The notes under the pieces were generated by a model, which worked only from the letters and a program-made list of their open reading frames with translations, did not search any database and was not told where the DNA came from. 26,237 nucleotides of DNA from a virus (lineage: Duplodnaviria; Caudoviricetes), in the IMG/VR virus record IMGVR_UViG_3300011443_000047, positions 1 to 26,237 of that record. One strand, 5' to 3'. Position numbers and translations under genes: made by a program. This document shows, piece by piece, positions 1-9,232 of the stretch; the stretch's first letter is position 1, and every line of letters starts with the position of its first letter.

Positions 1-372
1 AGGTTCTGCAAGTATGACGAGGCTGTCTTCTGTATGCAAGGCAGGGCTGACCGCTGAGCCAGCAACAATTGGTGCCACACAACTGAGCGCTACCTCGTCT
101 AGAAATTCAGGCTCGTTCACTGCCGGGTCTGTAACAAATCCCTGCACACCCATCACGGAGAACTGTTCACAGTCTACAAGCGTGTTATTCTTCACGCGTA
201 CTGTGTCGTCAGCAACAGCTGCTACTGCCAGTCGTCGTCGCAGTACGCTGGCCCTGTCTTCGAAACCCCCAGCGCCTATTCCCGGTCTTTCTGCCAGTCG
301 CGCTACGGCATTCAAATCCTTTGCTAGGATTTGACGACCCTTTTCAAATCGTGGACCAATTACAGTACTCAT
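1..372 (-). CDS. Putative tail-tip/virion protein, partial (runs off the left edge; not in the ORF track)
   Basis: ATG at 372 overlaps the TGA of the upstream gene (ATGA). Open to base 1: MSTVIGPRFEKGRQILAKDLNAVARLAE...VRVKNNTLVDCEQFSVMGVQGFVTDP...LVILAEP. Two genes downstream of the tape measure. Confidence 0.75.
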   Translation of the reverse strand, partial: MSTVIGPRFEKGRQILAKDLNAVARLAERPGIGAGGFEDRASVLRRRLAVAAVADDTVRVKNNTLVDCEQFSVMGVQGFVTDPAVNEPEFLDEVALSCVAPIVAGSAVSPALHTEDSLVILAEP

Positions 373-1142
373 AGTTTACCTACCCATGATACAGCTGGGA
401 AATTCTTATACGGCGTTGTACTGTTCAATAGGTACATTGAAGCCCACGACTGCGTACTCGCGCGCCAGAACTTATTCCACCCATTTCTGCGGTATGTGAA
501 TCGGTACGTGACGTCCAGAGACCCCAGATCGTTACGTTCAACGCTGGGTCCGTGAAACAACAGCGTTTCAGACGCAAAGGTTCTGCCTAGGGTAGGTGAA
601 ACGACTGACCCGTCATTCACAGTCTCTATCAGAGCTTCAACCGTAGCAGGCAGTTGCGATACTTGATACCGTGTAAGCGTCCACTCCCACCCACGTATAA
701 GTTTGCCGGGTGCTTCTTCAGGTTTCAGTCCTGTGCGTACTGTTCCGTCTGACCACTCAAACTCGTCCGGTGGCAGTGTAATGAATTCTGCTACGGGGTC
801 CAGCCGTTCTGATATCAACCCCCACCCAGGTATCGGTACGATGGTGACAGTAGACTGTTCATAGAACAGTTCTAGTATCGCGTCCACGTACGTAGGTGCC
901 GTAGTCCGCAAACTCCCGGGCTGCATCTGACCGCCTGGAAACGGTTTGACTTGTATTCGTACACAGCGAGCAGGATTTGCAGCTGGTGTTGTGACAAACG
1001 GATACACCCCAAACAGCAACTGCCCGCGCACATTCTGCCGATCAGCCCACGGGCACTTCAGAGTTCGTTGCGCAGAAAATAAGGCCTCATGCGTTTCAAC
1101 AGGCGACCCCTTCATCTCTTCGTATGCTGCTCTCTCAGCCAT
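369..1142 (-). CDS. Putative distal tail (Dit-position) protein
   Basis: 257 aa, directly abutting the tape measure stop; beta-rich with aromatic residues. Function inferred from position only. Confidence 0.6.
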   Translation of the reverse strand: MAERAAYEEMKGSPVETHEALFSAQRTLKCPWADRQNVRGQLLFGVYPFVTTPAANPARCVRIQVKPFPGGQMQPGSLRTTAPTYVDAILELFYEQSTVTIVPIPGWGLISERLDPVAEFITLPPDEFEWSDGTVRTGLKPEEAPGKLIRGWEWTLTRYQVSQLPATVEALIETVNDGSVVSPTLGRTFASETLLFHGPSVERNDLGSLDVTYRFTYRRNGWNKFWRASTQSWASMYLLNSTTPYKNFPAVSWVGKL

Positions 1143-3362
1143 TTAGCCTGCTACTCCTACTAGCATACCGCTCTGAATGAATCGTCTCATTTCATCCAGA
1201 ATCAGTTCTAGTGTAGTGTTACCAAGTTTCGCGCGCTCAGACGCCTCACGCGTGCTCTTTTCAACGTTCTGGGATGAACTCAGTATGCTGCGCTGCGTAC
1301 TGTCGCTGCTGCTGCCTGCCAACGATTCCTGGGTACGACGAAACAGGGACTGCGAACTCTCTATCTGTCCGACGATCGAACGTGCGCTGTCCTGACGGTT
1401 TGCAGCGTTTATAGCTTCACGTTCGATCATGAGCGCTTGTATTTCAGACAGCTGCTGTTCCCCGACCCCGCGCTCTCGTAGCTTCCGAACCTCTACGTCT
1501 ACCTTGTTCTTGCGCCCAGTGAGAACGTCCAGTTCGTCCTGCAAGTCTCGCAGCGACTGCGCCGCGTCATCCGTTGCTTGTTTGCTGTCCTCACGCTTTT
1601 TCTTCTCGTCTTCCATCAACTGTATGCCGCGATCAACCGCTTGCAGGTACCGTATTTGCGCGTCGGACAAATTCTCCAGTCCGATTTCCATCATGCCTGT
1701 TTCAATGTCGGACTTTCCAAAACCGAGCAGAGAATTTCGCGACCGTTCCATTAGGTCGCTAATGCTGCGCTGTGTGTCCTCAAACTTTTCGTTCTGTTCA
1801 ATAGCGTCAGCTGTGGATTTAATCAGCGCACTCTGCTCGTCGGTTAGACTCGCCACGCCCAGCTTCAGAATCTCGATCTCACCGCGTGTCTTGCCGAAGC
1901 TAGCAGCCTCGATTTGCAGAGCAGCGATAAGCTCTTCTATCTTGGACGTGGCTTCGCTACTGGCTTCGCTGAACTCTTCAGTTTCCCGCGTAGCCTCCGC
2001 CTCACGCTCAGCCAGCTGCGCTATTTCCAGATCAATCGTACTAAGTTCGTCGCGCAGACTGCTCTGTATAGACAGCAATCGCCGGGACCCTGCTGTCATA
2101 CTTTTGATCTTTGCTTCGATGAGGTCGGAATCTTGAATCATTCCCGTGTCACGCTCTCTCATCATGTCAGCTTCGTTCTCTTGCAGTGCACGGTCTGCTG
2201 CTGCGATAGCTTTAGCGGTAAGATCCTTTCTTGTTTTCAAACCGCTCATCGTGGACGTGTCGACCTTACCGGCCTGCGCACGGAGTGCACTGAGCTCGTT
2301 CAGTCCGCTATTGCTGCCTGTCACAATGCGGCTGTCGTCCTCTCCAAACGGACCTTTGAAAGTGCCTGGCTTGAACCCCATAGCCTTCTCTTGTCTACCG
2401 ATAGCGCGCACGCCTGTCACATTCGCGCCAACCGCCATTCCTGCCGCAGCTAATGCTCCCAGTCCAGGATTTGCCGCTATAAAACTAAGGGCCGCTCCAA
2501 CACCCTTCAGCAGCGATATCAGTTTAGGCAATACGAATACTGCTGCCGTCAAACCAGCTACCCACTTGGCCGTACTGACCACCAACCCCGCGTTGATACG
2601 AGCCCACTCTGCTAGCGGTATCAGTGTCTCGCGCAACTTGTCTACCAGCTTGGTCAAGTCTGGGATGAGTATGCCACCGAGCGTTTCAGAAAACTCGTCA
2701 ACTTGCCGTTTGAGAATCTCCCACTTGCCGCTGAAGCTGTTCGCTGCCGCCACTGCTGTTCCACCGACCTGCCGTGACACTTCATCCAGAACGAGCCGCT
2801 GTGCGCTCAGTAGTTGATTGGTCTTGACCAGGTGCTTAATCGTTTCCATCTGCGATTTGCTGAATGAGATACCGCTACGTCGCAGGGCCGTCACTCCCAG
2901 AACCGGGTCTTGCAGCGCCTTGCCCAGCTGTAGTGCAGCACCACGCATGTCGTTGCCCATTACTTCAGACAGGTCAAGAGCGAGCTCCGTGGCTCTCTGG
3001 AACTCATCACCTTTCAAATTTCGGAAGGTTGCTAACAGCGCTTGCATTCCTATGATAGCGTCGTCCGACCTGCCGGTGAGACTCTGGAGAGATGAGGCGT
3101 GGTTGATCATCTCGCGTGCGCTTATGTTAGCAGCGCCACCCGTTGTACGTATGACCTGCTCCAGTCTTCGCTCTGCGCGTTCCTGTTCTGCTGCTGCTCG
3201 TACGACCAGGGCAGCAGCACCGCCACCGGCTAGCAACAGGTTTCTGGCGTGTGCAGAAGCTGATTGTGCTACAGATGCCAAACCGCGGATTGCACGCTCA
3301 GTAGCAGCTACACCGCTCATGACACCGCGATTTTTTAGCAATAGTTCAATAATTGCTTGCAC
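1143..3362 (-). CDS. Tail tape measure protein
   Basis: 739 aa, Ala/Leu-rich and helical. TMP-like core (ALDLSEVMG..AALQLGKALQDPVLGVTALRRSGISF), central hydrophobic Gly/Ala segments, C-terminal coiled coil. GTG start with GAGGAG SD; follows the chaperone genes. Confidence 0.92.
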   Translation of the reverse strand: MQAIIELLLKNRGVMSGVAATERAIRGLASVAQSASAHARNLLLAGGGAAALVVRAAAEQERAERRLEQVIRTTGGAANISAREMINHASSLQSLTGRSDDAIIGMQALLATFRNLKGDEFQRATELALDLSEVMGNDMRGAALQLGKALQDPVLGVTALRRSGISFSKSQMETIKHLVKTNQLLSAQRLVLDEVSRQVGGTAVAAANSFSGKWEILKRQVDEFSETLGGILIPDLTKLVDKLRETLIPLAEWARINAGLVVSTAKWVAGLTAAVFVLPKLISLLKGVGAALSFIAANPGLGALAAAGMAVGANVTGVRAIGRQEKAMGFKPGTFKGPFGEDDSRIVTGSNSGLNELSALRAQAGKVDTSTMSGLKTRKDLTAKAIAAADRALQENEADMMRERDTGMIQDSDLIEAKIKSMTAGSRRLLSIQSSLRDELSTIDLEIAQLAEREAEATRETEEFSEASSEATSKIEELIAALQIEAASFGKTRGEIEILKLGVASLTDEQSALIKSTADAIEQNEKFEDTQRSISDLMERSRNSLLGFGKSDIETGMMEIGLENLSDAQIRYLQAVDRGIQLMEDEKKKREDSKQATDDAAQSLRDLQDELDVLTGRKNKVDVEVRKLRERGVGEQQLSEIQALMIEREAINAANRQDSARSIVGQIESSQSLFRRTQESLAGSSSDSTQRSILSSSQNVEKSTREASERAKLGNTTLELILDEMRRFIQSGMLVGVAG

Positions 3363-3365
3363 AGT

Positions 3366-3641
3366 TTAGCTCCTCAGTTTTCCGCCCATGCCGCGTACCC
3401 GCTGCCACTCTCTGCGGTTCTGATACCGCACAGTGCCGTGTCCTGTCTTTGGATTTGTACCGCTAGTCAGGTACATCATCTCCTGTGCCATGGTCAACTT
3501 GCCAACAATTTGAGGACCCCAGCCGTACTTCTCTGCGAAATACCGATATACAGCGCCGCGGTCCCGGACGTTTATGCCCGTCGACTTTTTGACGTCTTTG
3601 GCACCTTCCCGCGCTTGCTCGCGGGCGAGGGGACAAAAGGG
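3366..3641 (-). CDS. Frameshifted C-terminal extension of the tail assembly chaperone (gpGT-like)
   Basis: The -1 frame is open from the slippery site CCCTTTT (plus 3635-3641 aaaaggg) to TAA at 3366-3368. It reads ...VYRYFAEKYGWGPQIVGKLTMAQEMMYLTSG..., typical of gpT-like extensions, and ends 3 nt before the TMP start. Confidence 0.8.
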   Translation of the reverse strand, partial: PFCPLAREQAREGAKDVKKSTGINVRDRGAVYRYFAEKYGWGPQIVGKLTMAQEMMYLTSGTNPKTGHGTVRYQNRREWQRVRGMGGKLRS

Positions 3642-4036
3642 TTTCCGACACCGGGTATTTTTGCACTCGCCCTTTCCATGGCAGCCGGATCTGCCATAAG
3701 AGCCTTGTGTACGTCGTTCTCTGTAATCGACGGGTCGCTTTTTCGGGCGCTCAACCAGACCATCTTGACAGTTCCCTCCAGGGTACCGAGATGTCTGATC
3801 GTGATAGCGTCGAACATGGTCACTGTGACCGCCTTTGCGTATGCCGACTCCATCAAACCCTTTTGCACTTCGACCGGCAACCCCTCGCAGTTACGGCGCG
3901 CAATGTCCATCAGGCGGTCTTCAACCCACCGCTGTAGAACTCCAAAGTCGTCGTTGTCCATTGGGTGCAACAACCACTTTTTCTGATCGATCACTATCTC
4001 AGTCGGGGCTGCTGAGGCGTCAGCAAAACTAGTCAT
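3572..4036 (-). CDS. Tail assembly chaperone (gpG-like)
   Basis: 154 aa between tail tube and TMP; ends ...GNPF at an in-frame C CCT TTT heptamer; AAGGAG SD. Confidence 0.8.
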   Translation of the reverse strand: MTSFADASAAPTEIVIDQKKWLLHPMDNDDFGVLQRWVEDRLMDIARRNCEGLPVEVQKGLMESAYAKAVTVTMFDAITIRHLGTLEGTVKMVWLSARKSDPSITENDVHKALMADPAAMERASAKIPGVGNPFVPSPASKRGKVPKTSKSRRA

Positions 4037-4074
4037 ACTTTCACGCTCCTTACCGAACAGTACAACGCTTCAGG

Positions 4075-4917
4075 TTATGCTGGTGGCCAGTACGCAACCG
4101 CGCCTGGTTTGTTGATCAAACCGACCGTGGGTGTAGCCGACACCAGTTGAAATCCATCCATACCGAATACGGACACCGCAGACACCGGCTGTCCTGTCTC
4201 AATGTCGACCTCCATATCGGTGGCGTCCTCGCACCGCATCCAACGCAGGTCGTAGAAATCCGTTGCGTTGACGAACACACGAATCTGCTTAACGACGTTT
4301 TCGCCGACAAGCAAACTGAAGTCGTCCACGTAGCGACCATACTGCAGTCGCACATCCAGGTTTGCCTTCACGCGCTGAGTGACACCCGCAGTGCCACTGC
4401 TCGTATACGTGGGTTGATCCTGGGTGAAAGTCAACGTGATCGTACGAACGTCTGCGTCCTCTGTGAAGGTGGGTGGTTGAGTACCGACCGGTCCCGTCTG
4501 TATTTTACATCCAACAGACGAGGTGAAGTTCGGTACGACCGTATCCGCAATATCCGGATCTGCCACGTACGCTCGGTTAAGCGTACCTTTCGCGCCGAAC
4601 CGGACCACGTGCGATATCGGTAAACCGCTTTCGATATCGATCGTAATCTCGGCTTCCTGCGCGAGCGCGAGGCCTTGCACGCACTTGTTGCCGTCGATAG
4701 ACCCGGTGAAAGTGAACTGATCACCAGGCATCTTGGCTGGCGTATGACCGTACGCACGATACTCACCGGACCAGTCAATGTTACCGGTGGTTCGACCAGT
4801 ACCCGTACGGGTACTAGAAGCGTGATACGGAGCAGGGTTACCGTTGGACTGCACCGACCAACCACGAACGTGGGGAATGGTATCGACCAGTCCACCTACG
4901 CTTGAAATTACTCCCAT
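4075..4917 (-). CDS. Major tail (tube) protein made of two homologous halves
   Basis: 280 aa, Thr/Gly/Val-rich, between the terminator-position gene and the chaperone. Halves are similar (VRGWSV..ASS.T..GTGR..GNID..IDIESGLPIS..FG vs VRTITL..TSSGT.GVTQR..ANLD..VDIETGQPVS..FG). GGAGG SD. Confidence 0.75.
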   Translation of the reverse strand: MGVISSVGGLVDTIPHVRGWSVQSNGNPAPYHASSTRTGTGRTTGNIDWSGEYRAYGHTPAKMPGDQFTFTGSIDGNKCVQGLALAQEAEITIDIESGLPISHVVRFGAKGTLNRAYVADPDIADTVVPNFTSSVGCKIQTGPVGTQPPTFTEDADVRTITLTFTQDQPTYTSSGTAGVTQRVKANLDVRLQYGRYVDDFSLLVGENVVKQIRVFVNATDFYDLRWMRCEDATDMEVDIETGQPVSAVSVFGMDGFQLVSATPTVGLINKPGAVAYWPPA

Positions 4918-4918
4918 G

Positions 4919-5437
4919 TCAAACCTCCGCTAATATGTCCGGGGTGGAGAACCACATCTCCACGTCACACATCCAAACAGTCGCCCATCCCGTGATATGA
5001 CCGTGATCCTCTCCACGAAAGAGACTATCGGCCACGTCAGCAAGACGGGTCATTTTCACGAATTTGTTTCCGCGCCAAGTAAGGCTAGTGAGCACTTGCA
5101 GCCACTTGCCCATAGCACAGTACACCTCCCACTGAGATGGCAGCAGTTCGTGGGTTACCTGCCGCTCGCCCGTGGACACCTGCACCGCAAAACGCTTTGT
5201 AAGTGAACTGCTGCTACTCGTTCGATGCAAGTGCGGTATAATTGCAACCGGAGTTATACGAATCTCAGGCAGGTCCGCAGAGAGCACTGTCACCTTCTCT
5301 GGAGAGCGATCGTCAGGGTTGTCTAACCGTACGCGGTTGCCCAGCTTGAACCGTTTGCGTATAGACTCCCGAGAGAGCAGCAACTCCCACAGTGCGGTGT
5401 ACACTTTCGACAGCGGATCAGCCTCTAGCTCTGGCAC
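4919..5437 (-). CDS. Putative tail terminator/completion protein
   Basis: 172 aa immediately upstream of the tail tube; 'DLPEIRI' strand and alpha/beta pattern typical of this position. Confidence 0.55.
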   Translation of the reverse strand: MPELEADPLSKVYTALWELLLSRESIRKRFKLGNRVRLDNPDDRSPEKVTVLSADLPEIRITPVAIIPHLHRTSSSSSLTKRFAVQVSTGERQVTHELLPSQWEVYCAMGKWLQVLTSLTWRGNKFVKMTRLADVADSLFRGEDHGHITGWATVWMCDVEMWFSTPDILAEV

Positions 5438-6026
5438 GTTCCACCAACCGTTCTACGGCGCGCTCTACATCCAACGCCATTTGCACTTTGACCTTCTCGT
5501 CCGGTTCTACGATTATCTCGCGTCGCGGTACTCGTCCCTTTCCAAAGTGGTGCACTTCCGCTATCTGTGCTACGGTAAGTGTACTGTCACCAGACCGCCC
5601 ACTGCCACCGTACCCCACACGGACGCCGCCAGGTATCATCTCTTGCAGCTGTCCAGGTCGGTTGGTAAACGCCGGACTCAGCGCAGCTTTCATTGTCCCT
5701 TTGTCTACCAGAATAGCTACTGCACCTCCAGAGGCCACGCGCGAAAACCCGCCACCGCTATTCCTGCGTACGGTACCGCCAGGATTTGTACGCTTAGCGA
5801 TCCCGCGCTTACGCGCGAGCGTAGCAGGCGCCAACGGAGCCCAGTCACCGCCACCCTTAGTGAACGTATCAAATCTCTCCAGGGCCCAGCTGCGGTATCG
5901 AACAGCCCACTGACGGTACAACCTGTCAGTCTCTGCGTCGAATCCTACAGCGCCAGCAAACCGTATAAGCGCGGTGAGAAATCTCTGGAGAGGTTCGAGG
6001 TTCAGTTTGATTTCGATACCGATCAT
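5418..6026 (-). CDS. Mu gpG-like virion morphogenesis (neck/tail completion) protein
   Basis: Motifs WAPLAPATLARK, ILVDKGTMKAAL, IAEVHHFGKGRVPRREII match the Mu gpG / Phage_tail_S pattern. Confidence 0.85.
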   Translation of the reverse strand: MIGIEIKLNLEPLQRFLTALIRFAGAVGFDAETDRLYRQWAVRYRSWALERFDTFTKGGGDWAPLAPATLARKRGIAKRTNPGGTVRRNSGGGFSRVASGGAVAILVDKGTMKAALSPAFTNRPGQLQEMIPGGVRVGYGGSGRSGDSTLTVAQIAEVHHFGKGRVPRREIIVEPDEKVKVQMALDVERAVERLVERARARG

Positions 6027-6032
6027 GCTAGC

Positions 6033-6449
6033 TTACCGTGACATTACAGTGGCCGCTTCGTCGTCGCTGAATCCGTGACCGGGTGTTTCGAAATCAACCG
6101 GCCTGCCCGTGTTGATAATGCCTGCTGGTTTGGCCGGTGGCTCAGGGGGCAGCCACCACTTTTGCCCACGGTACCATGTCCGGCCTGCCATCAGCTGCGC
6201 GCACTCTGCGTCTTGCTTGCCGCGTAGAATGTCACGCACTACAGAGCCTGCGCTACCGGGATCAGCATCAGGCGCTGCGGCAGCGATGATAGCGATCGCT
6301 TCACCCACACCGTCCAGCTTGTCTGACACGGCACCAAACTCGTCAGGCGGACCTAGCGACTCAACAAGCGCGGCTAGTTCCGCGTACCCAGGGTGGTCTG
6401 CGGACAGCAGGTCTTTGACCTGCGACGCACCCCACGACTTTGCACTCAT
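6033..6449 (-). CDS. Hypothetical protein in the neck module
   Basis: 138 aa; ATGA overlap with the gp36-like gene and GAGGAGG SD. Confidence 0.7.
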   Translation of the reverse strand: MSAKSWGASQVKDLLSADHPGYAELAALVESLGPPDEFGAVSDKLDGVGEAIAIIAAAAPDADPGSAGSVVRDILRGKQDAECAQLMAGRTWYRGQKWWLPPEPPAKPAGIINTGRPVDFETPGHGFSDDEAATVMSR

Positions 6450-6874
6450 ACGGCCTCCTCATCTAAATCGAAGGCCTCGGGAACGACGCTGTGGGCTAGC
6501 TCCGCGTCCAGGATTAAATTCCCTCCGCGAATTTCGGCCAGCGCGTCCCGTGCCTCGTCCCGGAGTTTTTCGGGATTTGATTTCTCTCCGTCGCCCGTAT
6601 CGGCTAACCCGCGACTCGTATATAGCCAGCAGCCTGCAATCTTCGCAGCTGCGTCAACGATTACAACTGGCGTGCCACCTTCTGACAGTACAATGGGCAG
6701 AGCGTACAACCCGTTTCGCAACCGGTTGTTGACCTCGTCATCAGCCACTGCCAGCGCCTTTGTAATGCGCGCGGTTATAGTAGCAGATACTCCGTCGTTG
6801 TCCAGGTCCGCCCACTTGTCGACATTGGGCTTACCGAACACTTCGTTTAGGTCAGACCTTGTTGCGTAACTCAT
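6446..6874 (-). CDS. Mu gp36-like (DUF1320) head-tail connector
   Basis: MSYATRSDL...ITKALAVADDEVNNRL..LYALP...AAKIAGCWLY...LAEIRGG matches the gp36/DUF1320 pattern; directly after the capsid gene. Confidence 0.88.
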   Translation of the reverse strand: MSYATRSDLNEVFGKPNVDKWADLDNDGVSATITARITKALAVADDEVNNRLRNGLYALPIVLSEGGTPVVIVDAAAKIAGCWLYTSRGLADTGDGEKSNPEKLRDEARDALAEIRGGNLILDAELAHSVVPEAFDLDEEAV

Positions 6875-6910
6875 TGCTCACTGTTCCTTCTAGCTCAGGC
6901 TGAGCCCTTA

Positions 6911-7918
6911 CTAGTTCGTGCTCTCACCCTTGCAGCAGACTTCCGGAACCGTGCAGTACGGCAGCGGATTGCTCTGAGTGTGAATAGACACGCCTTTGTC
7001 GTGGTCGAGCAGAGCCTGCGACGCGTAGAACTCCAGACCAGGCGTACCGACGGCACCCATCTGATCCGCAGGAGCGTACGCGACTTCGAACAGGCCAGGC
7101 GCGCCGACTGGGAAGAACCGCGCCTGCTTCGGGTCGACGAACGCTTGGTCGCCCACAGAACCGGGGTACTCTTCGAAGATGATGCCAGCGAAGGGGAACC
7201 CCGACCGCGGATCGTTGCGACGCATGACACCGTCCTGGAAGCGATCGTACGCTGCCAGTACGTCCTTGTGGTCGATGAGCCGCTGGAAGAAGTCGTAGCC
7301 GCAGAAAGCGTGAATGTGGTCGTACGGCACACCGCCGAGTTTTTCCTCGATGAACCGCTTGACCTTCAGGCAGATTTGCCGAATCTTCGTCGCGTCTGTC
7401 CCGAGCTTGAAATCGAAGCTTTGCTCGGTGACGCTGAAAATGGTGAACAGGTCGGCCAGTACGCCCACGCCGTCACTGTCGAGAACCTTGCCTTTCAGCG
7501 CGCCCATATACAGCCACTCGCGCGTGACCTGATGGTCTTGCTTCATGCGAGTGAGGCGATCGTTCACGACACCCACGACCGTCTGCATTTGGTCCGCAGA
7601 CCCGAACTGCCGAACACCGATGATGTCGTCCGGCTTGACGTGGCTGTCGTGCGGAAAGTGCGGTACAGGAACGGACCGCACGGTACGCTTCACCGGCGGT
7701 ATCACTGACGCGGGCGAGCCGCGCGGCTTGCTGGGGATGAGCGACAGCTTACCCTTCTGCTCTTCCAGCAGGGCAATTGTGGTCGTGATCGGTTTCGGGG
7801 TGAACAACCCCATACTTCCGATACGGCCAGGGGTGAAAGGCAGCCGGTTCATGGACGTCGTCAGAGACGCCATGTTGAATGCCGGACTGCCGAATACGTC
7901 CGCCATCTCGTTGGCCAT
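6911..7918 (-). CDS. Major capsid protein, lambda gpE-like family (HK97 fold)
   Basis: FNMASLT..MNRLP...MGLF, RGSPA, VPHFPHD, TREWLYMGALKG, FPFAGIIFEEY, HTQSNPLP. ATG at 7918 chosen as start (AGGAGG SD; the ORF-track TTG at 7927 is too close to it). Confidence 0.93.
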   Translation of the reverse strand: MANEMADVFGSPAFNMASLTTSMNRLPFTPGRIGSMGLFTPKPITTTIALLEEQKGKLSLIPSKPRGSPASVIPPVKRTVRSVPVPHFPHDSHVKPDDIIGVRQFGSADQMQTVVGVVNDRLTRMKQDHQVTREWLYMGALKGKVLDSDGVGVLADLFTIFSVTEQSFDFKLGTDATKIRQICLKVKRFIEEKLGGVPYDHIHAFCGYDFFQRLIDHKDVLAAYDRFQDGVMRRNDPRSGFPFAGIIFEEYPGSVGDQAFVDPKQARFFPVGAPGLFEVAYAPADQMGAVGTPGLEFYASQALLDHDKGVSIHTQSNPLPYCTVPEVCCKGESTN

Positions 7919-7991
7919 TGTAGTCAAAGCCTCCTATCGTTGGACCTTCTGAACCAGAAAACTACAGTACCGAAACCACGAGGCGTCGGAC

Positions 7992-9029
7992 TTAGAGCGA
8001 CTCAGTGTTCAACGGCTGTCGCAGGCACTGAATGCCGGCCTTTTCGAGAGCCGTTACGATGTCAGCCAGAACAGCGCCCGACGGAATGTCGAGCATGTTC
8101 ACGTTCACCTGACAGTTGCGAACCGCGAACGTTGCACGGATCGTCTTCTCCGAAGCAGCGGTCGTGAGCTCCTGGAGACAGACAGCGGACGGGAAACCGT
8201 CGCCCGGAGGTCCGCCTTGGGTCGTCTCGACCATACTCGCGCCCGTGCAGCCTTCCAGCAGCGTCACGTCGATCACGATCATCGGCTGATTGATCTGCGT
8301 ATACCCAGCACCCGCGAAGGTGAAGGTATTCGCAGTGATCGCAGTGCCACCGACCGTGCAGGCACCCGAACCCAGAACGGTGTTGACCGCGTTCTGGATT
8401 GCCGTGTTGTCGGCGTTGTACGCCAGGGCAATCGTGGTCCCCTTCGTACCGTCCTTTTTAGTGAAGGTCAGAGTGAAGGTACCGGCCGTCAAAGTGCCGG
8501 TGATCGCCATGGTTTGCACTTCGTCAGCGCCTGCCCCAGCGGACTGCCCACCCTGGGTGGTACGGGTCACGGACGAATCTTCCTCACCGGTGAGGCCGTC
8601 GGTGTCCAGTTCGACGATCGGCCACGACTTGCCCGCGTACCCTGCTCCAGAGAAGGTCAGAGTGGTTGCGGTGATCGCAGTGCCGCCAGCGACGATCATG
8701 CTGGAACCGAACGCGTCGTCCAACGCGGTTTGGATGTTGGCGACGCTGGCGTTGTGCGCGATGTTGGCCGTGATGCGCTCAACGCCGTTCTTGTCGGTCC
8801 CTTTAATCTGCCAGAAACCACCAGACAGAGTGCCAGTGATAGCAATCGTCTGAACCTCGTTGGTGTTGGACGCGATTTTCTTCATCCGACCGGCCACGCC
8901 GCGTCCACATACGGTGCCGATCTTCAAGGTCTGACTTTCGTCAACCAAGAGCGCTTCGCGCGACATGCGCGCGGGCTGCTCCATCAAGAGCACGTCCCCT
9001 ACTCGGGTGGGCTCAGTTGCTGTACCCAT
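7992..9029 (-). CDS. Head decoration protein (gpD/HDPD-like) with two inserted ~105-aa repeats
   Basis: N-terminus (EPTRVGDVLLME...SRE...LKIGTVCGR) and C-terminus (SAVCL...AVRNCQVN...ALEKAGIQ) match head-decoration proteins that precede gpE-type capsids. The centre has two repeats starting NEVQTIAITGTL and DEVQTMAITGTL. Confidence 0.8.
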   Translation of the reverse strand: MGTATEPTRVGDVLLMEQPARMSREALLVDESQTLKIGTVCGRGVAGRMKKIASNTNEVQTIAITGTLSGGFWQIKGTDKNGVERITANIAHNASVANIQTALDDAFGSSMIVAGGTAITATTLTFSGAGYAGKSWPIVELDTDGLTGEEDSSVTRTTQGGQSAGAGADEVQTMAITGTLTAGTFTLTFTKKDGTKGTTIALAYNADNTAIQNAVNTVLGSGACTVGGTAITANTFTFAGAGYTQINQPMIVIDVTLLEGCTGASMVETTQGGPPGDGFPSAVCLQELTTAASEKTIRATFAVRNCQVNVNMLDIPSGAVLADIVTALEKAGIQCLRQPLNTESL

Positions 9030-9232
9030 ACGGTTTGTAACCTCTCAGCCCGTTGCCTTTGGTTAACCGGGTTAGGTGGGTTAGGGCCGTTGCCCCACCT
9101 CCGGTGAAACGGACGCGCCCTGGCCCAGTTACGCCAAGATTACCTTGGTCTGGGCTTGGCCATCCAACCTGTCCCACGCAGCTCTACAAACGGTACGGTT
9201 CTTCAGTCTGCCGCACCGGGCAAAGCCGGTAC
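9030..9232 (-). promoter_or_regulatory. Candidate structured cis-regulatory RNA leader upstream of the decoration/capsid genes
   Basis: ~205-nt non-coding gap with several stems on the mRNA strand: ACCGG/CCGGT, GCCCAG..CCAAG/CTTGG..CTGGGC, AGGTGGG/CCCACCT enclosing GGC-AACG-GCC, and a closing GTTTGTA/TACAAAC next to the GAGAGG SD. Confidence 0.5.

Noticed and set aside
3463-3666. 67-aa minus ORF as the chaperone extension
   Set aside because: Wrong frame; the -1 frame ending at 3366 has the expected motif and slippery site.
6883-6906. GCTCA-GGC-TGAGC hairpin after the capsid gene as a terminator
   Set aside because: Only a 5-bp stem with no U-tract on the minus strand.
6895-7332. 145-aa alternative-frame minus ORF within the capsid gene
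   Set aside because: Ser/Arg/Thr-rich off-frame product of biased codon usage.
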